Shown piece after piece: positions 37,706 to 50,412 of a stretch of 64,000 nt of DNA. The translations under genes and the position numbers were made by a program. The notes below the pieces were generated by a model, which was not told where the DNA came from, did no database searches, and saw nothing but the letters and a program-made list of their open reading frames with translations. The stretch's first letter is position 1. Each line of letters opens with the position of its first letter. The stretch is taken from NCBI GenBank assembly GCA_047495785.1, contig JBLDXI010000048.1:1215499-1279498 (forward strand), written 5' to 3'. Source of the DNA: Lepidodermella squamata. Its lineage: Eukaryota; Animalia; Gastrotricha.

Positions 37706-40056
37706 ATGAAGATCAGCTTCATTTTGCTTTCAGGCTTAGTTGCAGGAGTATTGACATCCAAACGTCATACGCTCATCATTTTGTCGCTAAATTCGTTTGT
37801 ACAGAATGACCCAAGCAACAATTTGGCCTGCAAAGCTGCTCAACAGGTTGTAGTCGATACCGTCAATGCGAGAAGTGACATTCTGCCTGACTACAACGTT
37901 GAACTACGGCATCTCGATGAAGGAAGAGGGTCGCCCTTTGCCCTGGCTAGAGGTGTCGAGTTCGTTCGGAGTTTTGAGGTAAATACCTCAGCTTATCAAT
38001 CACCTATCGCTATGGGCCCGACTGCTACATCAGGCTGCGTCCCTTGGGGACAAGCGGCTCAGTTCTTCAACATGGTAGTCATTGGTAGCGCATGCTCTAG
38101 TCCGGTTCAAACAACGAGGCGTGATCTATACCCTACGCTGTACCGACCCAGACCTCCAGCCGAAGCTTCGCTCTATGCCAAATACCAGTTCCTACTTAAG
38201 GTAACACCATGGCGCAGAATTGCGATTCTCACTGTTGTGCGCACTTTTGCGGTAAATCTCCAAACAGCCACGCTGTCGTACTCAATCGCTACATCCCTGG
38301 GTTTTAGAGTCGTGAGATTCGAAGGCTACGACGAGTTAAACGAAGAGAAATTGGAAGTTTTGAGAAAGGAAGATATTCGCATTTTCCTGTTGGAGACAGT
38401 CGACGGTCAGGACGTACTCAACTTTTTTTGCATTGCATTCAGACTCGGAATCAAAGGCTCCAGATATGCTTTTGTGTTTCAAATTGATGGCTACAACGAC
38501 CCGTCAAAACTCAATAGTGACATTCCAAACAACTGTTCGATAGCAATAATTATGGAACAGTTGAAAGAGGCCATTTTCATTGGTGCATCTATCGAGGGAG
38601 TCGATAGACTACAGCAGTTGACAACCCTGGGCCATTCTAGGGCAGATTTTGAAGTTTTGTTCGAAAAAATTGCTGGTAATGTCCCGCTGCCTCGCCACGA
38701 ATATCGCCATCTATGTTACGATCGAGTCTTGCAAACTCTGCTAGTGCTGAACAACACAGAAACTCGATTGCAGGGTCGAAATATGACTTTGCGAGACTTC
38801 AGAGAGCACCCGAGAGAGGTGATGCGAATCGCGAACAATAGTGCGCTGGAAGTCGACTTCTACGGCGTTCGGCAGGGACATTTCCAATATTCCAGCCGAG
38901 GCGAGTTAGATTATGACCCGCAATGGGTTAGCGTCTATTCAGTTGAACGCCGCCGCCTGTTAATCACTCACCGGTTGGTATGTCGTTACAATAGTTCGGC
39001 CACCAATGTTAGCTCATACGACGTGGAAACTATTGAAACCTCTTTCAAGTTTCAAAAAGCTGATGTGGCGAAACTGCATGTCATCGCAAAGGATACAACA
39101 GCATTTTTTGGCTCGATACTTGGAATCTCTGGCATTTTGCTTCTAGTGCAAGTCTGTCTAATTTACAATCTTCTGAAAACTTCCCACACCTTCGATTATT
39201 CAATGCGACGATGCTCGCTTATCGCAGCTTGCATTTTACTAAATATATCAGCGGTTCTGGTCTCGATTCCGAATGCTAGCCTGGATAGTTGGATTTGCCA
39301 GCTACAAGCTATTGCAGTGACAATAAGTATCGGCATCGTCAATAATATGTTAGGCTTTAGACTTTTGATAGCTGATGACTTCATTCGACATTGCCAAATG
39401 TTAAAACCGAAACGAGAACGAATGCATACGGCTGCCTCAGCCACAACTTTCACTAGCAACAAGTCTCAAAATGCAGCTAGTCGTGATCCAGCAAAAAGTG
39501 AAGACCTCGACAACAAAGGCCTTCCGATGAAGCATCGCTTTCCGCTGATGTTATCCGTCGCTGGGACTAACCTCGTCTTGATTATTAGCTGGTTTGCAAG
39601 TGATCTTCCTGGGGCTGTTAGTGAGTCACCAAAGCTTCTTTATATAGACGAAAAAGATACCCGCATCAAGATAACGAGTTTCACCTGCTCGAGTCAGTTC
39701 GCTGGATATTGGCTAGGCGCCGTAGCTTCATTCAACGCTGTGCCTCTGGTGGTGGGAATATTCTTGATTTTACGATTGCGAAATTCTCTGAAACGCTTCA
39801 ATCCGGTACAAGATATGGCCAGTGTAAAGTATCCTTGTTCGCCGTCTTCACGCTTTATGCAGGCGCTATTGCCACAGTGTTGTTGTTTAATGCTTATAGC
39901 GATCAGGCAGCAATAGCAGCTGTTGTTTTAATTTTAATGTCCATGATTGTAAGTGCAATATTCAATTTTTCACTGTTACGCAAGGCTGGTGCGGGAACTG
40001 TGGCAATCACGACGACAAACTTTAGATCACTCTCGCGAATTTTCAGCAACCAATAG
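37706..40056 (+). pseudogene. GABA-B-like class C GPCR, copy 3, with a 1-nt frameshift before TM6
   Basis: GATATGGC-CAGTGT at 39812-39825 versus GATATGGCGCAGTGT in copy 5. TM6-TM7 continue in another frame (ORF 39709-40056). Confidence 0.8.
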
Positions 40057-41759
40057 CTGACACGATTGTTATTTTTAGCAAGAACGTCCTACTTATATTC
40101 TGTCTAACGGAAGACAGACAAGCGGAGAAAAATATGTTGTTGTATTACGTTCTTTTAAGTACTTAGGAATGAGGCCGATTTAAGCGTCATTTCGGAAAGC
40201 GGAAGGAATTGATGAAAAGCCGTGGAAATTCGGTGGCTGTCCGTAGCAAGCCGTGGAAAACGAAGGAAAACGCGCGGTTTCAATTGTGTGCGCGAGCGGT
40301 TGCGCAACCAAAACGCGGCTAAAAGCCGTGGAAAGCGCGAGTGAGTGCGTGGAATTGTGTGCGCTATAACCACGGGCAGGAGAAAAGTCGATTTCGACGT
40401 TTTCCGCGTCGTTTTAAATACAATGGCGCACTGAGAACAATAGCGGGTCATTGTTGAGTCGTTTGCCTGTCACCGTGATTTGTTTTACACCGAATTTTAG
40501 CATTTTTTATTCCGAATTAGTAAATTCGATCAGACTTATTGAACGCGTCGCGTTATTTCGAGTATAGCAATATAAAAATTGCTTGAATTATCCTCATTTT
40601 TCGTGTTTCTGTCACTTCTATCAGGCGGCCGTTGTTAAAACAAAATTACCTTCATTTAAATGCTAATTTCCGATTTTCGCCGTGTTTAAAAGCATGAACC
40701 CAGTAGATTTTTACTTTCGACACCTGCGGCTGCTGGCTTATCAAGGGCGCGCGTAATAAACACTGACGTGTTATATTATCGCGGCTCAGCTTTTCACTGC
40801 TGTTCACAAATCTTGAGCGAAAACGATGAAAAAACGAACGACGCGGTCACTCAGCTCAATGTTTAATAAAAAATCAGAGAAGCGCATTAACAAAACACCG
40901 TCGGATTTACAATGATTTTAAAAATCGCTATCATAACAGCCATACAAAATAATAATTGCGTAATCATAAATCAATCACTATCCGCATCTGCAGATTCATC
41001 AAACCGGCTGCTCTTCGTAGCAACAGAAATTTTAACCGAGCCACCCTGTCGTTTGGCGGCTTTTTTGTCAACGCGACTATAGTGGTTGCCAGCCAACTCG
41101 CGCAAACGGGCGCATAGCACGTCTTGCATGTCAGTGCCATATATTTTACAGACATGCGTGATCAGCTTCGGATTGGCGGTTGAGTGCAAGAAGGCTTTTG
41201 CGTCGGCAGCGCTAGATGAAAAAAAATAAAAATAATAGTAACAAATTTATTAAAAAAAATAGGGAAACTACAAACTTTTCTAAATTCATCTAATTTTCGC
41301 TCATTTTAATCAACATTTAAATACTCACTTGTTGTTGACGAGACGCAGAATTATTGCGGCGGCGTCACGCAAACGGATGTGTTGATGCGTGAACGAGGGC
41401 GAAAACGAGGTGGTAAAGCGACGAGAGTGGGTTTACCTCTCCGTTTCAGCCGGGTTGTGTCAGCGTCACATCTCCTCACCACGCCCTCGACAAGATAACG
41501 ATCGGTTCCAAAATTCTAAAAACTTTTAAATTTTTAAGGCGGCGCGGTTTAAAAATTGGGTGTCGGTAATAAAAATTAAGAAAAATTTGGGGATGAATCA
41601 CTTTATTAGCCGTTTTAGGTATTTTTATTTGCTACTTGTCTTCAACTTTTTATTTCCACCGCGTTTTATTACCGAATTTTCGATTCGCTAGTGATCAGAT
41701 TTATTTAAAACGCATCTTTGAAATTTCTGATGTCTTTCGTATTATAGTCATTTTACGTA

Positions 41760-44597
41760 ATGTCGGGTGGCGGCGTTGGATTAAAACGCCAGTTACCTAC
41801 AAGCCTGGCTGTGTATGATCGTCCCAAGTATGAACTGGTCGAATTTGAGCGCCCAGCAATGACTGCGACACCATTTCAAAGGCCGTCGTTACCTGCACCG
41901 GTAAATTACGACAGAACCATCACCCAGGCTTCATTTAAACGACCGAAATACGAGATGGCCGTTTATGAGCGGCCGAAGTACGAGTTGGCTGTTTATGAAC
42001 GGCCGAAATTAGAGTGCGTAACAGTTGACCGCCCGGCGTACGCAGTCAAGGCTTTCGAGCGTCCGGAATACCGGCTGGCCGAATATCAAAGGCCTGAGCC
42101 GTCGCCGCCGCAAAACTGGGACGCCTTCCGGAAGATGAATAAAGTCGTGTGCTTGTTTGACGATGATGATGATGATGCTGATGCGGTTTCCGAGCCGAAG
42201 ATTAAAATCTTTAAGCGAGGCCGACAGGCGACGGAGGAATTATATCCAGGCATCGTTGAATGTTTGCACGCCTGTATCGATAAGAAACACGCCGTAATAG
42301 CAGCAGCTAAGCGCCACGGAAAGAATGAAGTTGTTGGCGTAAGTGTCCCTGAACTGGTGGAGGAGTGTCAGGTAAATCATATTAATTACTACTTGTTTTT
42401 TCATATTTTTTTATTTACTAAAATTACTGATTTTATTACACGAGCCGCAATAATGTCCTATAATTATTATATCTGTATTACAGTTGAATGGTTACAAGGT
42501 GAGCAGTTTGTCGATAAAACGGATGTTTCCTGCCCCGCACGCCGGTCACAATTACGCAAAGCAATACCGCGCGGTTATCGATTTGAAGCGGCGGCCGAAA
42601 CAGTGCAACATAAGAAATGGCGATGATCAGCTCGATCATCACCGAAATTCACGTATGGCCATGCTAGAAGAAGCTATGGCGGCTATGCCTCGCGGTGTTG
42701 TTTACATGTCATGCGATAATAAGCATTCGATTGTCATTGGAGGAAGTATCGTATCGAAACTGGTTACCGACCGATATTACTACACGCCTGAGAATCGTGC
42801 CGATCACAACGACCATGACTACCCCGCTGATAAAGACCTGAAAATAATTCCAGCTGGCTATGAAATTCTGGAGGAGCCGTTCCACAACGCCGAGGGCCGC
42901 TTGCTCTGGAAGGCAAGAAAAGTAATAGTCGTAAACAGGTAATTTTGACATTTTTTAATTATATTGGAAAATAAAAAAATGAATTAAAATAAATTTTAAA
43001 TTGAAATGTTAAATTCTTGGAAAAATTTGATTAAAAATAATGATTTTTCTTTGCGAGAAATTTCTTCAAAATAATTTTTTTTAATAGTGCAATAGTAAAC
43101 AAATTTTTTTCGTCACAATTAAAAAAGGAAATAAAATAATTATTCAATCTTCGAATTTTATCGTCTTTGCAGATGCAAACTCTTCAATGACTGCAGCATG
43201 GCGGAACACATGTCCGACATATTACGGCATGTTTTATGTAATGCTGAAAACAAACAACCGCAATGCCTTGTCCTCTCTGTTGACGCCGGGCCTGATTGGC
43301 ACATCGAATATGCAAACAACCGGCGTTTCTACTGGCTGCTGTTCAGGGAGCTCAAACTGGAATCGCTGGTGGTGGGCCATTATGCACCTGGTTTCAGCTG
43401 CCGCAATAAGGTATAGCTTATCACCTCATTTTTTAGATATGAGCCTGAATTTTTCTCGCTTCTCGCATGAAATTCGAAAACCAGCGTGTTTAATAAGTAA
43501 CAAGTATATAGTGTTCGTCTTTTTTTAGATCGAGCGCATGTGGTCGCGAGTCAACGAGTGCTACATCGGCCAGACAGAATATGCAAACAACCGGCATTTC
43601 TACTGGCTGCTGTTCAGGGAGCTCAAACTGGAATCGCTGGTGGTGGGCCATTATGCACCTGGTTTCAGCTGCCGCAATAAGGTATAGCTTATCACCTCAT
43701 TTTTTAGATATGAGCCTGAATTTTTCTCTCTTCTCGCATGAAATTCGAAAACCAGCGTGTTTAATAAGTAACAAGTATATAGTGTTCGTCTTTTTTTAGA
43801 TCGAGCGCATGTGGTCGCGAGTCAACGAGTGCTACATCGGCCAGACAACTGCGCATCCAGACGTCTGGCGCGAGATCTATCCCAATGATGAGCCGAAAAG
43901 GCGCGAAATGGCTGCGAATGCCGCGCTGGACACGGTAACCACGCTCGGCAATCTCAAAAAGACGCAAGTCACCATCAAGCACGTGACTGAAAAACGGCCG
44001 TGTCTTGACGAATTCCTCGTCACCCAGGAAGAGCACGACTTCGTGAATGAAAAGAAGCCGAGCAAACAACGGCGAAAAACTACCAAGCGGCTTCTACGAC
44101 AGCTCGTTCTAGCTGATAAACACATTGATTAGTAAGTTTTCTGCATTTATTATTTTATTATTTATTGATTATTTGATTATTTGATTATTTTTCATTTTTT
44201 ATTTTTATTATTTTTTATTTTTTATTAAACTGAATTAAAATGAAATATTTGAAATAATGGAAATATATTAAAAAAATTTAGCCGCTCCGGTTTGCTCATC
44301 TTCAACCGGTGCCGAAAATTCGACTGCCCCGCATGCTCGTCATTGCCGAGTCCCACGTCGGAGTTGCATCAGTACCTGGTCAGTCAAGGCTTGCCTGATC
44401 CGGAGCACGACCCGGCGCGACCCGGCCACTACCAGAAATTCGAGCAGCTGCGCGAAAAGGCGGCTCGGCGGGCGTCAGTCGAGGCAACAAATCCTCGTCC
44501 TCCTCAATTTGGTCGCTGCAAAATTTGCCCCAGCTACTCGTTTTTGAGCGACGCCGACCGGGCGCGCCACAATAATCGCCTTCACCCCGCCGATTAA
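41760..44597 (+). CDS. Zator transposase, about 650 aa (about 701 aa with the duplicated exon). Exons: 41760-42371, 42484-42938, 43173-43410, [43529-43681], 43800-44131, 44282-44597
   Basis: Phase-consistent GT-AG introns. DDE motifs YMSCDNK, DHDYP...KIIPAGY, LSVDAGPD and HYAPGFSCRNK|IERMWS (compare ISAzo13/TP36 HYPPGTSKWNKIEHR). C-terminal CxxxxCxxC and a C2H2 finger (CKICPSYSF...HNNRLH). Confidence 0.85.
43306..43847 (+). repeat. 271-bp tandem duplication inside the transposase gene
   Basis: 43306-43576 and 43577-43847 are near-identical (about 2 mismatches); each unit includes an intron. Confidence 0.95.
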
Positions 44598-44876
44598 TTT
44601 ACTATTTCAAGTTGAGTATTTGCAAGCGGCCGGTTTTTTTCTGAAAATACGGATATATTGTATTGAAAAATCGGAAATCGGATAACAAATTTTATACTGT
44701 TAGATTCGTAATAAAGAGGCGCATTCGATGAAAATGTTGTTTAATTCGTAAAATATTTTGGGATATCAAGGAATGGGCGGAAACGGAAATAAAAATGATG
44801 CGTAAAACACTACAATGACCCGCTATTGTTCTCAGTGCGCCATTGTATTTAAAACGACGCGGAAAACGTCGTTATA

Positions 44877-47754
44877 CACTTTTCTATCGTGCACATTGGG
44901 CATTATTATATAGTGTGCACGACGGCTGTGCACGATGAAAATGTCAGTCTCACTTTTGTCAGGCTTTAAAAATCATTTCATTCGATTTTAAACGTAACCG
45001 TGCAAAATAAAACGGTAAAATTTTATATTAACATTATCGGGTTGAGGAGGTCTATGCAATGGATCCGGTCATTTATTATAAATTTCTCGCGTTTAAAATT
45101 TAGCTGTGCACGACGGATCATGCACGACCTAGTGAGGACCAGTCATTAAATTGCCGATAATTACCGCGCCCGTACTCAAACATACATAATATAAGGAATA
45201 GTGCGCGCACCTTGATAGGTAATTAGGGCGCGCTGGCCGCTGTAAACATGAAACCGTATTTATTACCTTAAAAATCGGTAAAATCAGAAATAATATTTCT
45301 TGTTTTGGAATTTGGATTTTAATTATTTTGGACGCGCCTCCTTCGTCGGCGCGAGCGCGCTATTTTTATTACTACCAACTGACCCATCCTTTTCATTTCT
45401 ACACTTTTGATCTATAGTCATTAAGGCCGAGAAGCGTCCAATTGGGTCTGGTTTATTACTACCAAAGTCAGGAAAATCAGACGAAAATATTATTAAACTT
45501 TAGCGTAATTTTTGTTCAATTTTTTGTAGACGCGCCTCCTTCGTCGGCGCGATTAATATTTTTTTCAATAATACTTAGGAGCGCCGGCGCATATAAATAT
45601 TTGTGGTTTTATTTCAACTCTTTCAATCGGGAACACGCTCCCTGCGGTCGCGTGTGGGTGTTAAATTGGGTCATTTGTTTTGTTTCGTGGCTATCTCAGT
45701 TTTTTAATCTGGTTCATTTGTTTTCTTCTGGGCCATTAATTGATAATTATAATTTAGCTAACAGTTACAATCAGAAATGATATTTTTTTATGGGGATCTC
45801 GTTTTGCATTCTGGAACTACAAAGGAGCGCGCCTCCCTGCGGTCGGCGCGCATCCCTGTTTTTTCGGGTCATTTATTGTCTCTTCGGCCTCAAAGAAGCA
45901 CGCGCGCAAAAATAGTGACCTGGGTCATATAATTGTGTCAGGTCAATTATTGGAGCCCGCCTCCCTTCGGTCGGCGCGCGCGTGCCATCTTCTGGGTTAT
46001 TGTTTTTTACCGTGATGGGAATGTGACCCGGGTCATGAAATTATTACGGGAGCGCGCCTCCCTTTGGTCGGCGCGCATATGCCTTTATACTGGGCTTGAG
46101 ATTTTATTACAGGTAATGGAATGTGACCTGGGTCATGTTTTTTGGCAGGGCCGGGCGGACGCGGCAGGGGTCTCATTAATTTTACGCGGCAGCCCTATGG
46201 AATCCTAGTGGGCTGCCGCTGCGGCTGACGTGATCAACAAAAAGGGGTGTTTTCCTCTATTTTCGGGAAAAGTTGAAATTTTCAGAAAATCGTAGAAAAT
46301 CAACGGTTTATGACATTGCAATTTGGAAATCAGATTCAAAGAGACAATTTGCGTCTGAAAATGGGAAAAATTAGCTAGACGTAAGCACACCCACACAGCG
46401 AATAAGCGGCAGGTCTATTGATGTCTTATCAAATGAAAAATGGGTGTTATTTTTAATAATTATACTTTTCATATAAATTGAAATAAATTTAACCAGAAAC
46501 AAATGGACGCTTCTCGGCCTTGATGACTATAGATCAAAAGTGTAGAAAGAGAAGGATGGGTCAGAAATGCATCCTAGTTATCTAATTTTTTTCGTAATTT
46601 GGAATTTACATGTTTTACGGCTTTTTATAATGGCCTTGTTCCTTCAGTCAATCTCTACAAATTTGAAATGAAATGATGAAAAATTGGTGAAAAAATTTCT
46701 CTGGCGCCTTGACCTAGATTTCGGAATACGCGCGCACTCAGGTAATTAGCGTGGCGGATAATATTATTGCCGTTAATTATGGGCTGAAATTTAAATAATT
46801 TTTATCTCGCTGATTTTTTACTCGATTTTGATCGGGTAAAATTTGTTAGTCTTCGCTTGACGAATATTATGTGGCCGCAAATTTTCAAATTTTTTCAATT
46901 AAAATTGGGAGAATTATAACGTTTTGAAATTTTAAAGTACTGGCATGTGTGAATGACCCAGTGTGTGTGCACGATGGCCTGGTAACAGTCGTGCACACTA
47001 ATATTAGGCACTGTGCACGAAAAAAAGTGCGATTTCGCAGAACAATGCGCCGAGCGCTCCCAATAATTATTTAAAAATATTACTCGCGCCGACGAGGGAG
47101 GCGCGTCCACAAAAAATTAAACAAAAATTACACGAAATAAGGTAATAATATTTTGTCTGATTTTCCCGATTTTAGTAGCAACAAACCAGACCCAATTGGA
47201 CGCTTCTCGGCCTTGATGGCTATAGATCAAAAATGTAGAAATGAGAAGGATGGGTCAGTTGGTAGAAATTAAAATAGCGCGCTCGCGCCGACGAAGGAGG
47301 CGCGTCCAATAAAAATTAAAATTAAAATCTCAAAACAAGAAATGTTATTTCTGATTTTACCGATTTTTAAGGTAATAAATACGGTTTCATGTTTGAGTAC
47401 AGCGTCCCGCGCGCGCTAATAACCTCAATCAAGGTGCGCGCACTATTCCATATATTATATATGTTTGAGTACGGGCGCGGTAATTATCGGCGATTTAATT
47501 ACTGGTCCTTACTAGGTCGTGCAAGATCCGTCGTGCACAGCTAAATTTTAAACGCGACAAATTGTAAATAAATGATCTGATCCATTACATAGACCTCCTT
47601 AGCCCGATAATGCTGATATAAAATTTAACCGTTTTATTCTGCCCGGTTATTTTTAAAATCGACCGAAATGATTTTTAAAGCCTGACAAAAGTGAGACGTG
47701 CACGGCCGTCGTGCACACTATATAATAATGCCCAATGTGCACGATAGAAAAGTG
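44877..47754. mobile_element. Non-autonomous foldback-type element nested in the Zator right TIR
   Basis: CAC...GTG termini flanked by TATA (44873-44876, 47755-47758); imperfect inverted arms of about 710 bp (44877-45592 / 47045-47754); internal repeated motifs; no credible ORF. Confidence 0.75.
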
Positions 47755-48516
47755 TATAACGACTTTTCTCCTGCCCGTGGTTATAGCGCACACAATTCCA
47801 CGCACTCACTCGCGCTTTCCACGGCTTTTAGCCGCGTTTTGGTTGCGCAACCGCTCGCGCACACAATTCCACGGCTTTCCATTGAAACCGCGCGTTTTCC
47901 TTCGTTTTCCACGGCTTGCTACGGACAGCCACCGAATTTCCACGGCTTTTCATCAATTCCTTCCGCTTTCCGAAATGACGCTTAAATCGGCCTCATTCCT
48001 TATACCATGTAAAAATGTACGAACGAGACACCATCACACCAGGTTGATGAGATAAAAAAAACATCGGAACATGGAAGATATGGTGTGGATAACTTAATTA
48101 CTTAACTGTCTTAAGGAATGACCTGATCCAGCCCTCGGGCGATGATGCGGTAGAGTCGGGCGTCTGACGCGAGGATTAAAGGAAAGCTTCTGTTGCGTTC
48201 TTAGAGATGCGCTGTAAATGCCACGGTACGATTATGCGGTGCGATCTCGCGAGCGTCCATCTTCCTGCGCAAAAATGAGCCGACTTTGCTGCAGGAACAA
48301 CAAGTTCTGATGTTCAGATTTTCAGAGACACAATTTCGGCATCACAATGCGCACAATCCCATTTTACCCTGTGATTGCTCAATTAATTTTGGGGCCCGCA
48401 CGAAACTAAGGGGGCCCAGAATTTAGCCGTTTTGTACTGTCCGTGAATTTCCAGGACACCCGAGGAAAATGTCGAGCATCCGTGGGCGATATCGCTTCTA
48501 GCAGGACTATAAAGAC

Positions 48517-50412
48517 ATGGCGAGGCGAGATCTGTACTCCACTTTGTACAGAGCAAGACCACCTGCCGAGGCATCGCTCTACGCCAAGTATCAGTTCCTA
48601 CTGAAGGTAACACCATGGCGTAGGATCGCGATTTCCTGTCTCGTTACCACTGTGTTTCCAGTCCACTTTCAAATGGCTTCTTTATCTTACTCAATTGCCA
48701 CATCTCTTGGCTTCGAGGTTGTCAGATTCGAAGCCTACGATCAGTTTAGCGAAGAGAGGATGGATGCACTTAAGAAAGCCGACATTCGCATCTTCGTCTT
48801 TGAAACAGCGGAAGCTCCTGAAGCAGTCGAATTTCTCTGTCTAGCATCCAAGCTCGGAATTACAGGTCCCAGGTATTCCTTCTTACTCCAAAGCATCAGT
48901 TTTATTGATCCGTGGAAATTCGACAAAGAATTGATACCTAAGTACTGTTCGATAGCTATGCTTTTAGAACAATTTAAACAGGCGATTTTCATCGGACCAC
49001 CCATTGAGGCGGTTGAAAAACTACAGCAATTAACCACTTTGGGCCATAGCAGGGCTGAATTTGAGCAAACGTTTGGAAATCGAACTGGAAAAGCGCAACT
49101 ACTTGCCACCAATTACCGTCACTTGTGCTACGACAGAGCTCTACATGCCCTCATGGTGCTCAACAACACAGAAATGCGATTGCAGACTCGAAACATGAGT
49201 TTAAGGGACTACAGGGAGTATCCGAGAGAGGTCATGCAAATCACGAATCAGAGTGCGCTGGAAATAGAATTTTTCGGAGTTAGACAGGGTCGCTTCCGCT
49301 ATTCGGACCGAGGCGAGTTGGATTATGACCCGCAGTTAGTTACAATTTATTCGGCTGAGCGCAGTGGTTTGTTGATAACCCATCGTTTGGCATGCCGCAT
49401 CAACAGCTCTGCTACCAATGTCAGCTCTTATGAAGTCGAAACCCTGACTTCTTCAGATAAGTTCAGGAAAGCTGACGCAGCGAAGAGTTACAAAATAGCT
49501 CAGGATACTACCGCATTTTTCGGGTCAATAGTCGGTGTATCTTCGGTAGTCTTCATTTTTCAAATTACCTTAATATACTATCACGTAAAGAAATCTCCTG
49601 CTTTCGAAGTTTGCTTGAGAAGAACTTTGCTGTTAGCCTTTTGCATATTGCTAGACCTGATTGCTGTTGTATTATGTGTCCCTGATGTTCATCTTGACAG
49701 CGGAATTTGCGCAATTCATGCTGTATTCACGGTGATAAGTATTGCCGCGTGTCACAGCTTCTTAGGCTTCAGATTACTTATCGCGCTCGATATCGTAAAA
49801 GGCAGTATTATTCAACCCCGCAACAGAAGTTATTTGAACACAATTGCTTCAGGAATTAGGCCTGAATCTCGAGATCCTGCTCGAAGTAAGGAATTCGATG
49901 ACAAAGGACTCCCAGTTAGGCACCGCTTGCCACTGATGCATCTTCTTGTTTTCTGCAATGTAGCTCTTATCATCGGGTGGATGATCAGCGACCATCCTCT
50001 TTTAGTCGATGAAGTTCCGCAGCTATTCTATGTGCCAGAAAGAGATGCCAATTTCGCAATAACAAGGTTAGCCTGCTCAAGCCGGTTAGGAACATATTGG
50101 ATTCCAGCTTTGATTGCTTCGAATTTCTTGCCCCTCATAATTGGTATGGCCTCGATTCTACGCATGGGGGCTGCGATCAATCGCTTCAACGCCGTGCAAG
50201 ATATGCCGCAGTGTAAAATTGCACTGCTGGCCGTATCTACGCTGTATGCTGGCGGTATTTTCACAGTTGTGACACTTCGCACCTATAGTGATCAGACGGC
50301 TGTAGTTGCTATTGTAGCAATGTTAATGTCCATCACTGTGTCGGGAATCTTCAATTATCCAGTTCTACGCAAGGCACCACTATTTATTCGTAAAATGCTT
50401 CTTAAGGTCTAA
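48517..50412 (+). pseudogene. 5'-truncated GABA-B-like class C GPCR, copy 4 (paralog of copy 1; 631-aa ORF)
   Basis: Homology to copy 1 begins at ARRDLYST. The signal peptide and first ~140 aa are absent and the ATG comes from unrelated flanking sequence; the rest of the ORF is intact. Confidence 0.75.

Larger units (their letters stand above)
40166..47999 (+). mobile_element. Zator-superfamily DNA transposon (about 7.8 kb including the nested insertion)
   Basis: GG...CC termini; TTA target-site duplication (40163-40165 and 48000-48002); TIRs 40166-40390 / 47760-47999, identical by eye apart from a 15-nt indel; inner TIR continuation 40395-40454 / 44812-44871; TP36/ISAzo13-like transposase. 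Confidence 0.85.

Noticed and set aside
40200-40390. CRISPR-like spacing of the AAGCCGTGGAA repeats
   Set aside because: Eukaryotic context, repeats too short and irregular, and they lie within transposon TIRs.
40163-48002. PIF/Harbinger assignment based on the TTA TSD
   Set aside because: The transposase motifs match the TP36/Zator pattern, not the Harbinger DDE plus Myb/SANT arrangement.
45442-48055. ORFs inside the foldback element and the TIRs (also 40155-40451)
   Set aside because: They are translations of inverted-repeat DNA that mirror each other; no protein motifs.
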